From NCBI GenBank assembly GCA_048938895.1, contig JBHLLU010000076.1, positions 1-16,105 of the forward strand: a stretch of DNA of 16,105 bases. Reading direction: 5' to 3'. Both the position numbers and the translations under genes were made by a program. The notes under the pieces were generated by a model. It was not told the origin of the DNA and did no database searches. It worked only from the letters and a program-made list of their open reading frames with translations. Source of the stretch: Promethearchaeota archaeon (GTDB lineage: Archaea; Asgardarchaeota; Lokiarchaeia; Sigyniarchaeales; SOKP01). Positions 7,026-15,103 of the stretch are shown piece by piece (position 1 is the stretch's first letter; each line of letters begins with the position of its first letter).

Positions 7026-10000
7026 ATTTCAAAAGAATCTGTTGATAAATATCAAAAAATTTTTGAAGCAATACCGGATTTGTACTTTCTCGTAGATGAG
7101 ACTGGGAAACACTTGGATTTTAAAGGTAATGAGAAGCTTCTTTATTTGGCACCAGATATGTTTTTAGGAAAAACTATTGAGCAAACTTTACCCGAAGATG
7201 TCTCTAAAATATTTTCTAAAGCCATTAAAAACACTTTAGAAACGAAAGCACCAACTTTGGTTGAATATTCGCTTCCAATAAATGACTTTATACATTACTA
7301 TGAGGCTAGGAATCTATACTTTTCAGAAAATCGTGTTGCTATTTTTGTACGAGATATTACAAAACGCAAAAAGTTGGAACAAGAACTACTCGATGAAAAG
7401 AAATTTACCGAAACAATAATTAACGCTCAGAGAGATACTTTATTCGTATTTGAACCATCCACAGGTAAAGCTATAAGATGGAATGAAGCTTTTTCCGAGA
7501 TAAGTGGTTATAGTAATAAAGAAATCACCAATATGAGGGCTCCAAATTCTTATTATAGTAAAACTGACTTGGAAAAGGCAACAAGAGCCATAAGAGAAGT
7601 GAATAATGAAGGAACGACATTGGTGGAAATGGATCTCATTACAAAGGCTGAAAAATCAATTCCTTTTGAATATTTAGGCACCAGTATTAATGATGAGGAG
7701 GGGAATTTAAAATATATAGTTTCAATTGGCAGAGATATCACAGAACGGAAAAATGTAGAACAAAAATTAAAAGATTCTGAAGAAAAATATAGGAATTTAT
7801 TTAACAACTCTCCTCTCGGTATTTTCTTATTTGATGAGAATGGAAATTTACTTGAGGGGAATACATCGGGTTCTAATTCATTTTCTGGAGTTCCTTCGAG
7901 TTTTAGTTATGGTAAAAACTTTATAGAAATAATTAGTTTATTCAAGAATTCAAAAGAACTTCTACAAATATTCAAAAAAAGAGCAGAAGATCGAAAACAA
8001 GGAAAAGAACTCAAACCAGTGGAAATAGAAATAATAAGACCCGATGGGGAAAAACGATGGCTCAATTGGCAGAGTTCTACAGTACATTTAAAAGACCGGA
8101 TGTTGATTCAAGCAATTGCGCAAGATATCACTGAATCTAAACAAGCAGAACAAAAATTAATAGAATCTGAGGAAAAGTTTCGGAACATTACGGAGGAATC
8201 TCATCTAGCAATATGTATTATTCAGGATAATATTATTAAATATGTAAATCAACAGATGGCAACATTATACGGTTATACTGTGGAAGAGATGTATAATTGG
8301 GAACCAGGTGAATTATTAAAAGTAGTCGGACCTGAATCATTGGAAACTGTTAAAGAACAACTAAGAAAAAAACAGATCGGTGATTCTGATGTTATTATTC
8401 ATTATCCGATTCAGATAAGAAAGAAAAATGGTGATTTCTGCTGGGTTGATAATATTTCAAAAACTATAATATATGAAGGTAGATCAGCAAATTTAGTGAC
8501 CCAAATAGATATCACTGAATCTAAACAAGCTGAACTGAAATTAAAAAAATCTGAAGAAAAACTAAAAGACGAAAGAGATAATCTCATCAATATGTTAAAT
8601 TCAATGGAAGATGGTGTCTATATCGTAAATGAGCATTATGATATTGAATTTGTGAATCCTTCTCTTAAAAATGAATTTGGTCCTGTTGGATATAAAAAAT
8701 GTTATGAGTACTTCCAAAATTTATCAGAACCATGTCAATGGTGTAAAACTCAAGAGAAAATTACACAAGGCTCTATTAGATGGGAATGGGACAGTCCTGT
8801 GACTGATAAGTTCTATGAGATAATAGCCACACCAATAAAAGGAGCAGATGGGACAACTTCTAAGTTAGTAATCTTTCATGATATAACAGATCGTAAAAAA
8901 GCAGAACAAAAATTGATAGAATCTGAAGATAAATTTAGAACAATAGCTGAACAAGCGGTAGTAGGAATAATTATAATTCAAGATAACGAAATTAAATATG
9001 TAAATCAGCGATTACTTAATTACCATGGATATACTAAAGAAGAGGTTGAAAGCTGGCCCCCAGAACACTTCATTAATATAATTCACCCAGATTTTAGGGA
9101 AATGATTTTGGAAATTACCAGAAAATATCAATCAGAAAATGTGGAAGGGCCTTCACATGTAGAAATTAAAACTGTAAAAAAAAATGGTGAAATACAGTGG
9201 ACTGAGGTTTACTTACGGTCAATTATTTTTAATGAAAAACCAGCTGTGATGAATATTAGTATTGATATTACAGAAAGAAAGAAGGCGGAAGATAAAATTA
9301 AAAGAGCCCGTGAGCGAGCAGATATGTATTTAAATTTAGCAGGAGTTATTCTTGTTGCTTTAAACCGGGATGGAAATATAACATTGATGAATAAAAAAGG
9401 TTATGAAATACTAGAATATGAAGAGGGTGAGTTAGATGGGTATAGTTGGTTTGAAAAATGTGTACCATCTCGTTATAAAGAGGAAGTTTTTAATGTTTTC
9501 AAACAATTAATGAAGGGTGAGATTGAGCCAGTAGAGTTCTTCGAAAATCCAGTAATTACTAAAAATGGAAGCGAAAAGATAATTGTCTGGCACAATATTA
9601 TATTATATGATAAGGATGGTAATGCGGAAGGAACTCTAAGTTCAGGAGAGGATATCACAGAACGTAGAAAGGCAGAAAAAGAATTAAAAAAATTAAGTAA
9701 ATTAAAATCTGAACTCCTCACAAGAACTTCTCATGAGCTAAAAACACCTGTGCTGCACATTAAAGGATATGCTGACTTATTACTAGTGAAATACAAAAAT
9801 AACTTTGGTATTGATGAACTCCAAATAATCTCTCATATAAAGAAAGGTGTTCTACGTCTGGAAACTCTCATATATGACATATTACATAAAGCTGAATTAG
9901 ATACTGATACCACTGATTTAAAAATCGAAATAAATGATCTATCTTCCTTAATTAAATTAAGTACAAATGAATTGAGGAGTTTTGCCATGATAAGAGGGCA

Positions 10001-10388
10001 TTCGATTAAATTAGACATAGTTGATAGTCTATTATTAGAATTTGATAAAACACAAATACGCCATGTAATCAATAATCTAATAACGAATGCGATTAAGTAT
10101 ACTCCTCTAAATGGATTAATAGGAATCAGATCTATAATAGAAGATGATTTTATAACAATTGCGGTATTTGATAATGGTATTGGGTTTACGGAAAAAGAAA
10201 AAAGAAAGATATTTTCTCAATTTGGAAAAATTGAACGATATGGACAAGGATATGATATTATTACTGAGGGGTCTGGTTTAGGTTTATATATCGCAAGAAG
10301 GATTATTGAATTACATGGTGGAAAAATTTGGCTTGAATCTGAGGGCAGAAATAAAGGTTCTACTTTCTACTTTTCACTTCCTCGATAA
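7026..10388 (+). CDS. Cytoplasmic multi-PAS (7 PAS/PAC) sensor histidine kinase; start probably ATT 7026 or ATA 7023 rather than TTG 7080
   Basis: Seven DIT(E/K/D)(R/S)(K/R) PAC ends, H-box SHELKTP, N-box NLITNAIKY, G1 DNGIG and G2 GSGLGL, with no TM segment. The frame is open from 7011 and encodes ISKESVDKYQKIFEAIPD, a typical PAS entry helix, before 7080. Confidence 0.93.
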   Translation: MSKESVDKYQKIFEAIPDLYFLVDETGKHLDFKGNEKLLYLAPDMFLGKTIEQTLPEDVSKIFSKAIKNTLETKAPTLVEYSLPINDFIHYYEARNLYFSENRVAIFVRDITKRKKLEQELLDEKKFTETIINAQRDTLFVFEPSTGKAIRWNEAFSEISGYSNKEITNMRAPNSYYSKTDLEKATRAIREVNNEGTTLVEMDLITKAEKSIPFEYLGTSINDEEGNLKYIVSIGRDITERKNVEQKLKDSEEKYRNLFNNSPLGIFLFDENGNLLEGNTSGSNSFSGVPSSFSYGKNFIEIISLFKNSKELLQIFKKRAEDRKQGKELKPVEIEIIRPDGEKRWLNWQSSTVHLKDRMLIQAIAQDITESKQAEQKLIESEEKFRNITEESHLAICIIQDNIIKYVNQQMATLYGYTVEEMYNWEPGELLKVVGPESLETVKEQLRKKQIGDSDVIIHYPIQIRKKNGDFCWVDNISKTIIYEGRSANLVTQIDITESKQAELKLKKSEEKLKDERDNLINMLNSMEDGVYIVNEHYDIEFVNPSLKNEFGPVGYKKCYEYFQNLSEPCQWCKTQEKITQGSIRWEWDSPVTDKFYEIIATPIKGADGTTSKLVIFHDITDRKKAEQKLIESEDKFRTIAEQAVVGIIIIQDNEIKYVNQRLLNYHGYTKEEVESWPPEHFINIIHPDFREMILEITRKYQSENVEGPSHVEIKTVKKNGEIQWTEVYLRSIIFNEKPAVMNISIDITERKKAEDKIKRARERADMYLNLAGVILVALNRDGNITLMNKKGYEILEYEEGELDGYSWFEKCVPSRYKEEVFNVFKQLMKGEIEPVEFFENPVITKNGSEKIIVWHNIILYDKDGNAEGTLSSGEDITERRKAEKELKKLSKLKSELLTRTSHELKTPVLHIKGYADLLLVKYKNNFGIDELQIISHIKKGVLRLETLIYDILHKAELDTDTTDLKIEINDLSSLIKLSTNELRSFAMIRGHSIKLDIVDSLLLEFDKTQIRHVINNLITNAIKYTPLNGLIGIRSIIEDDFITIAVFDNGIGFTEKEKRKIFSQFGKIERYGQGYDIITEGSGLGLYIARRIIELHGGKIWLESEGRNKGSTFYFSLPR

Positions 10389-10396
10389 GACGAATC

Positions 10397-11140
10397 TTAT
10401 TTACCTTCTAACAAATCAAGGATAATGGAAAACTGATTAAATTCAAAGGGTTTAAGAAAGAATCCATCTGCTCGAGTTTCAATTGCTTTTTTTTCAATTT
10501 CTAAAGGAATTGCAGCCGAGATATAATAAATCGGTACATCTTTTAACTCAGAATCCGATTTTATCATTTGACAGATATCATAGCCACTAATATCTGGTAG
10601 AATTATATCTAGTAATATGACTTTCGGTTGATATCTTTTTAAATAACTTATCGTCTCAAGTCCTCTTGTTGTTGAGGAACACTTATAACCCCTAGTTTCG
10701 AAATATTGTGTTAACAATTTTATTGCCACATTATCATCATCCACAATAAGTAAATCATACTGATTCTCAACATCTTGATAATATGATTGTAATTGCTCTA
10801 TTTTTTCTTCAAGGATAAGACTTTGATCATATATTTCTTTTATAGTCAATAAAGTGTTGAGAGATAATTCATCCTTTTTATCATTCATTAGGATTTCTGA
10901 AAAACCCTTTATAGAAGTTAATGGTTCTTTTAAACCATGGGTTATTTCAGGTATATCTTCTATAGATTTTAATTTTGAGTAATTATTAATATAAAATCCT
11001 ACACTAGTTCTCACTAGCTTCGAGATTGTCGGTATTTTGTTCTTTTCATTAAAATCAAGCCATTCTGATTTAAGTTTATTTGATATTAACATTGAAAGCC
11101 TTTCTTTCTCACTTTTATTTTCTTTGTCCTTTTTTCCCAT
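10397..11140 (-). CDS. Response regulator with putative N-terminal ribbon-helix-helix, HisKA-like helix pair and C-terminal receiver domain
   Basis: REC residues: LIVDDD, LLD178IILPDISG, S208 and K230PF. H-box-like TH68GLKEPLTSIKGFSEIL. The N-terminus ERLSMLISNKLKSEW...TISKLVRTSV has an RHH pattern. Confidence 0.88.
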   Translation of the reverse strand: MGKKDKENKSEKERLSMLISNKLKSEWLDFNEKNKIPTISKLVRTSVGFYINNYSKLKSIEDIPEITHGLKEPLTSIKGFSEILMNDKKDELSLNTLLTIKEIYDQSLILEEKIEQLQSYYQDVENQYDLLIVDDDNVAIKLLTQYFETRGYKCSSTTRGLETISYLKRYQPKVILLDIILPDISGYDICQMIKSDSELKDVPIYYISAAIPLEIEKKAIETRADGFFLKPFEFNQFSIILDLLEGK

Positions 11141-11247
11141 TTTATAAAACCTTAAATTATCCTTCCATACAAAAAGGGTTTTTTCAGCTTTCTTCTCTTA
11201 TTCATCGGTGTTATCTATATTAATAACATAATTCATACTTAACTTTA

Positions 11248-11277
11248 TGTATCAAGTACTCAGAAATACTTGATACA
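11248..11277. promoter_or_regulatory. Perfect inverted repeat, candidate operator
   Basis: TGTATCAAGTA-ctcagaaa-TACTTGATACA (11-bp arms, 8-bp spacer) in the divergent regulator/MCP intergenic region. Confidence 0.65.
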
Positions 11278-11557
11278 AAAATTTAAAGAAACTAATATAT
11301 TTTATTGTTAAATTGCAATATAATCTATTTTAAATTTTTTTAAAATAATGTTGATATAATTTTTTTCTAATTGTTTTATGTACATGGAGAGGTTGATGTA
11401 TTACAGGAAATGTGCATTATTTATGTTTTGACAAAGGTTTATATACAATTCTTTTTTTAAGTCAATAAAAGATTAATATCTATTTTTAGAATATCAAAAA
11501 AATCAATATTAATGATTAAAAATTTACTTAGAAATTAAAGGAAAGGAGCTTAAATAA

Positions 11558-13138
11558 ATGAATATTAAAAAGAGAATGACGGTTGGATTTGCGATTCTTA
11601 TTGCATTTTCTTTTGGAATTGGTATCATAGGTATGACTCAAATAAATACGCTGGATGGTCACATAAAAATTATTACTCAAAAAGAAATGGTGATCCTAGA
11701 GAATGTAGATATCATGCTTTATGAATCAGAATTGATCATTAGAGAAACTTTTGAAACACTCTATAATGGTGGAGTAGGGCATCACATTGGAAATGAAACT
11801 ACTATAGATCACATTCTTGACCACGCCGAAATCTTTAATTCCTCTTTAGATGTGGTTGCGAGATTGCATCCAGAGCATACAGAGGAAATTAACTGTATTG
11901 GCGAAGATTTTAGCTGTATAGTTAATGATATAACGAGTACTGAACATGGAATCATTATTCATGCTGAAGAAATAACTGAGTCATTAAATACAACAATTGA
12001 ACTTCAAGAGCAGGCAGATGGTTTAATTGATGAATTAATCAATTTAACTGGAGATCCTCAGATGAAATTGAATGCAACTCTGTTGAAAAGTCATCTTAAC
12101 GAACAGATTTATTTAGTATTTGAGTATTTGGAGGGGATATGCGTGGAAACAGGTTTAGAATTTAATAATTCTGTGACTGCTTTTGATAATATAGTAGGAA
12201 TTATTGATGCTTTTTATACAGGAGATCCAACAATTATTCCTAAGCTTAATGAAATTGAAGTTGCTCATCATGATTTTACAGAATTGGTAATAGGAGCGGA
12301 AGGAATCTTTGACATGAAAGATCATGTGAGCACAATTTTAGAAGACGTCGAATTAGATTACGAAGATCTATCATCAGATTTAGATGATATCCATCATGAA
12401 ACAAGTGTTGAAATATCCCATGCAATAAATAGTGCTCAACTAGGAGTTCTGATTTCTTACACTATAACAATAATCGCATTTGGGGCATGTGTGATACTTG
12501 GAATCGTAATTGCAATCCCCACTGTACGAGCTATAGTAAGGGTAACATCAAATATGGAAAAAGTCCTAAAAATAGGTTCTGAAGCAAGTGTTAATGTTGC
12601 AAATATGGCTACTGAGTTAGCAGCAAGTGCGAGTGAAGTTAATGCTGCATCTGAGGAAATTGCATCTACTACTCAAGATGTCGCAAATGGTAGTCAAGAA
12701 ATGATGCTTTCTTCAACGGAAATTAAGAGGGTCATGGATATAATAGTAAGCATTTCTGAACAAACAAATTTACTAGCATTGAATGCAAGCATAGAAGCGG
12801 GTCGTGCCGGAGAACATGGTCGAGGGTTTGCTGTTGTTGCAGATGAAGTGAGAAAACTTGCTGAAGAATCTAAAAATTCTGTTGGTACTACAAATTTCAA
12901 GATTAACGACATTCTTAAAGGAATTGAATCGACAACCGGGGCCATAGAAGGAATTAGTGCATCTGTCGAAGAACAGACCTCATCAATGGAAGAAATTTCA
13001 GCTACAGCTAATAAGTTAGGAACACTAGCTGAAGATTTAAAGAACAATTTAACCCAAAGTGACACTATAGTTACAGTAGAAAAAAAGTCAAAAAAAATGA
13101 AAGTACCGACAATTAAAAAAAAACGTGTAAGAAAGTAA
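11558..13138 (+). CDS. Methyl-accepting chemotaxis protein (2 TM, extracellular helical sensor, short signalling domain)
   Basis: TM1 at about aa 9-26 and TM2 at about aa 297-321. Hairpin-tip signature [48 protein letters not shown] upstream. Confidence 0.95.
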   Translation: MNIKKRMTVGFAILIAFSFGIGIIGMTQINTLDGHIKIITQKEMVILENVDIMLYESELIIRETFETLYNGGVGHHIGNETTIDHILDHAEIFNSSLDVVARLHPEHTEEINCIGEDFSCIVNDITSTEHGIIIHAEEITESLNTTIELQEQADGLIDELINLTGDPQMKLNATLLKSHLNEQIYLVFEYLEGICVETGLEFNNSVTAFDNIVGIIDAFYTGDPTIIPKLNEIEVAHHDFTELVIGAEGIFDMKDHVSTILEDVELDYEDLSSDLDDIHHETSVEISHAINSAQLGVLISYTITIIAFGACVILGIVIAIPTVRAIVRVTSNMEKVLKIGSEASVNVANMATELAASASEVNAASEEIASTTQDVANGSQEMMLSSTEIKRVMDIIVSISEQTNLLALNASIEAGRAGEHGRGFAVVADEVRKLAEESKNSVGTTNFKINDILKGIESTTGAIEGISASVEEQTSSMEEISATANKLGTLAEDLKNNLTQSDTIVTVEKKSKKMKVPTIKKKRVRK

Positions 13139-13151
13139 AATCTAAATCAAC

Positions 13152-13162
13152 TTTTATTTTTT
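13152..13162 (+). terminator. Putative oligo-T terminator after MCP
   Basis: ttttatttttt lies 13 nt after the stop codon. Confidence 0.35.
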
Positions 13163-13237
13163 AAAATTATAAAATAAATATACAATCCTTCAAAATTAAT
13201 CTATAAAAATCTATACCAATTATTCGGCATTTATCAG

Positions 13238-13313
13238 CTAGAATGGAATTAATTTTCCATTCTAGTTTTAAACAAATTAGTAGAAATGAATTAAAATAAC
13301 TATTCCATTCTAG
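13238..13313. repeat. Perfect inverted repeat plus an extra half-site
   Basis: CTAGAATGGAA-ttaatt-TTCCATTCTAG (13238-13265), with TTCCATTCTAG again at 13303-13313. Confidence 0.75.
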
Positions 13314-13461
13314 ATTTTTATCTTATTTTTTTCTTATTTTCATTTAATATTTTCAAAATATTAGATAACTAAATCCTTTTCAAGTCTTAAAATTGATTTC
13401 AAATTCTTGAGAAATTCACTACATTTATATATAATCAAAATCTAATATTAACTTAATTAGG

Positions 13462-13490
13462 TTTTTACTACCCAAGAAGTAGTTTTACGT
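13462..13490. promoter_or_regulatory. Shared intergenic motif, copy 2
   Basis: tttttactacccaagaagtagttttacgt ends 76 nt before the DUF2284 ATG and is 26/29 identical to 6681-6709. Confidence 0.6.
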
Positions 13491-13566
13491 ATGTAAAAAT
13501 TCATTATTTTTTAATGAATAAATAATTATTTAAATAAATAGAAAATTCAGTATAAGTTGAAATCTT

Positions 13567-14352
13567 ATGGCGCAGAAAGTGATTCCTGAAATTGAGAGAG
13601 AATGGTCGAAAATATCTTATAAGTGGCGAAGACTATTACCAAAAAAAAAAGATAGACCACCATCTCCAATTAAATTTGAACCTGATGAAAAGACTTTTAA
13701 TGAACTTATTGAAAAGTCTAATCAAATCATAACTGAACTTATAACAAAGGCTAAGATTAAAGCTAGTGGGCATGCGAAATTAATAACAACAGATAAAATT
13801 GTAATAGATCCACGTGTGCGGTGGAAATGTCAAATTCCGGTCTGTTTTGGCTTTGGTACAAGTTTAAATTGTCCTCCGCATTCTCCTACTACCGAACAGA
13901 TGAGAGAAATTGTGAACAGCTATAAATATGCAATATTAATTTCATTTTACCCACCTATAAAAAATCACGTTTTTCCCAGTATTCTTCTGGGTGTTCAAGG
14001 GGATGTAAATCTATTAAACCAGATGGTCGGAATGATCGAAGGAGAAGCGACATACATGGGATATTATCTTGCTATGGGATTCAAGGGGGGGCCTTGTGTT
14101 GGCTGTGGGTTTTTTTCTCCTGAATACTTTAAAGATTTAATGCAGCAAAAAAAAATCCCCCCTTGTCCTGTGCTTGATAATCAAATGTGTCGACAATATC
14201 TAAGAGCACGCCCCGCATTGGAGGCATGTGGTGTAGATAGTTTTGCAACAGCGGTAAAATGTGGTGAAAAGGCTCCCTTCGTAATTAACCCAGAACATCC
14301 AGAAGAATCCATACCTTTTGTTGTTTGGCATGGTATTGTCTTGATAGTTTAG
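13567..14352 (+). CDS. DUF2284 family predicted metal-binding protein
   Basis: Motifs DPRVRWKC...C.GFG...NCPP.SP, GGPCVGC and C....ARPALEACGVD; 9 Cys. Confidence 0.85.
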   Translation: MAQKVIPEIEREWSKISYKWRRLLPKKKDRPPSPIKFEPDEKTFNELIEKSNQIITELITKAKIKASGHAKLITTDKIVIDPRVRWKCQIPVCFGFGTSLNCPPHSPTTEQMREIVNSYKYAILISFYPPIKNHVFPSILLGVQGDVNLLNQMVGMIEGEATYMGYYLAMGFKGGPCVGCGFFSPEYFKDLMQQKKIPPCPVLDNQMCRQYLRARPALEACGVDSFATAVKCGEKAPFVINPEHPEESIPFVVWHGIVLIV

Positions 14353-14393
14353 CATTATATATTACAGAAAAATTCATTAGGTAAATCCAAACT

Positions 14394-15059
14394 ATGAAAA
14401 ACATAAGTATAGAATATGAGGACGAAAATAGAAGTGATGAGTATTATATTAACGAAATCATAGAAGCTGTGAACATACTTGATTTTTATTCAATGAAGAT
14501 AGCAATTAGGGAAGCCGTTAATATGAGGATCCCAATGGTAGATATAATTAAAAAAGGAGTGTTAGTAGGATTAGAAGAATCGGGAGAAATGGGACTCATT
14601 TTGGCAGCAGAAGCCCTTGATGACGAAATCATATCTATCGATCAGGAAGAACAAAAAAGATTAGCTAAATCTCAATATTACTCTGGAAAGGTTGTTATTG
14701 GGACAATTAAAGGAGATATTCACAGTTTGGGTAAAAATATACTAGGAATTATAATGAGATCATACGGTATAGATGTTATTGATCTTGGTGTTGATGTAGA
14801 ACCAAAAAAATTTGAAGAATTTGCCTTTTTACCAGAGGTTAAGGTTATCGGTATCTCTTTCCTTCTTTCTGCTGCGGAACCCAAAATTAAAGAAGTAATG
14901 AGGTTATTAAAAACTGAAGAATTAAAGAATAAAGTAAAAGTAATTTTAGGAGGGGCTGCAGTATCACAAGAGATCGCCGAAGAAACTAGAGCAGACGCTT
15001 ATGCTATAGATGCTTTGCAAGGCGTTGACATAATTGAGAATTGGATAAAAACTGTTTGA
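14394..15059 (+). CDS. Corrinoid (cobalamin-binding) protein of the MtaC/MtbC-like methyltransferase systems
   Basis: B12 motif DxHxxG (GDIHSLGKNI), DLGVDV, SxL (GISFLL) and ILGGA, with a short helical cap region at the N-terminus. Confidence 0.93.
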   Translation: MKNISIEYEDENRSDEYYINEIIEAVNILDFYSMKIAIREAVNMRIPMVDIIKKGVLVGLEESGEMGLILAAEALDDEIISIDQEEQKRLAKSQYYSGKVVIGTIKGDIHSLGKNILGIIMRSYGIDVIDLGVDVEPKKFEEFAFLPEVKVIGISFLLSAAEPKIKEVMRLLKTEELKNKVKVILGGAAVSQEIAEETRADAYAIDALQGVDIIENWIKTV

Positions 15060-15103
15060 TTATTTGAATTCACACCTGATTCCAAACTAAGAGGGATAAT
15101 GAT

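Noticed and set aside
7553-10072. Minus-strand ORFs 7553-7807, 9473-9721 and 9833-10072
   Set aside because: Antisense to the histidine kinase, with Ser/Phe-rich shadow composition.
12694-13065. Minus-strand 123-aa ORF
   Set aside because: Antisense to the conserved MCP signalling domain.
13238-13313. CRISPR array or IS/MITE ends
   Set aside because: There are only three 11-bp units, with no regular repeat-spacer period, no transposase or cas gene and no target-site duplication.
13139-13566. Cobalamin riboswitch upstream of the corrinoid operon
   Set aside because: The region is extremely AT-rich and lacks recognisable B12-box/GGGAA consensus elements.
15065-15079. Selenocysteine or stop read-through to extend RACo upstream
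   Set aside because: There are two in-frame TGAs outside any conserved Cys position, and the upstream sequence belongs to the corrinoid gene in another frame.
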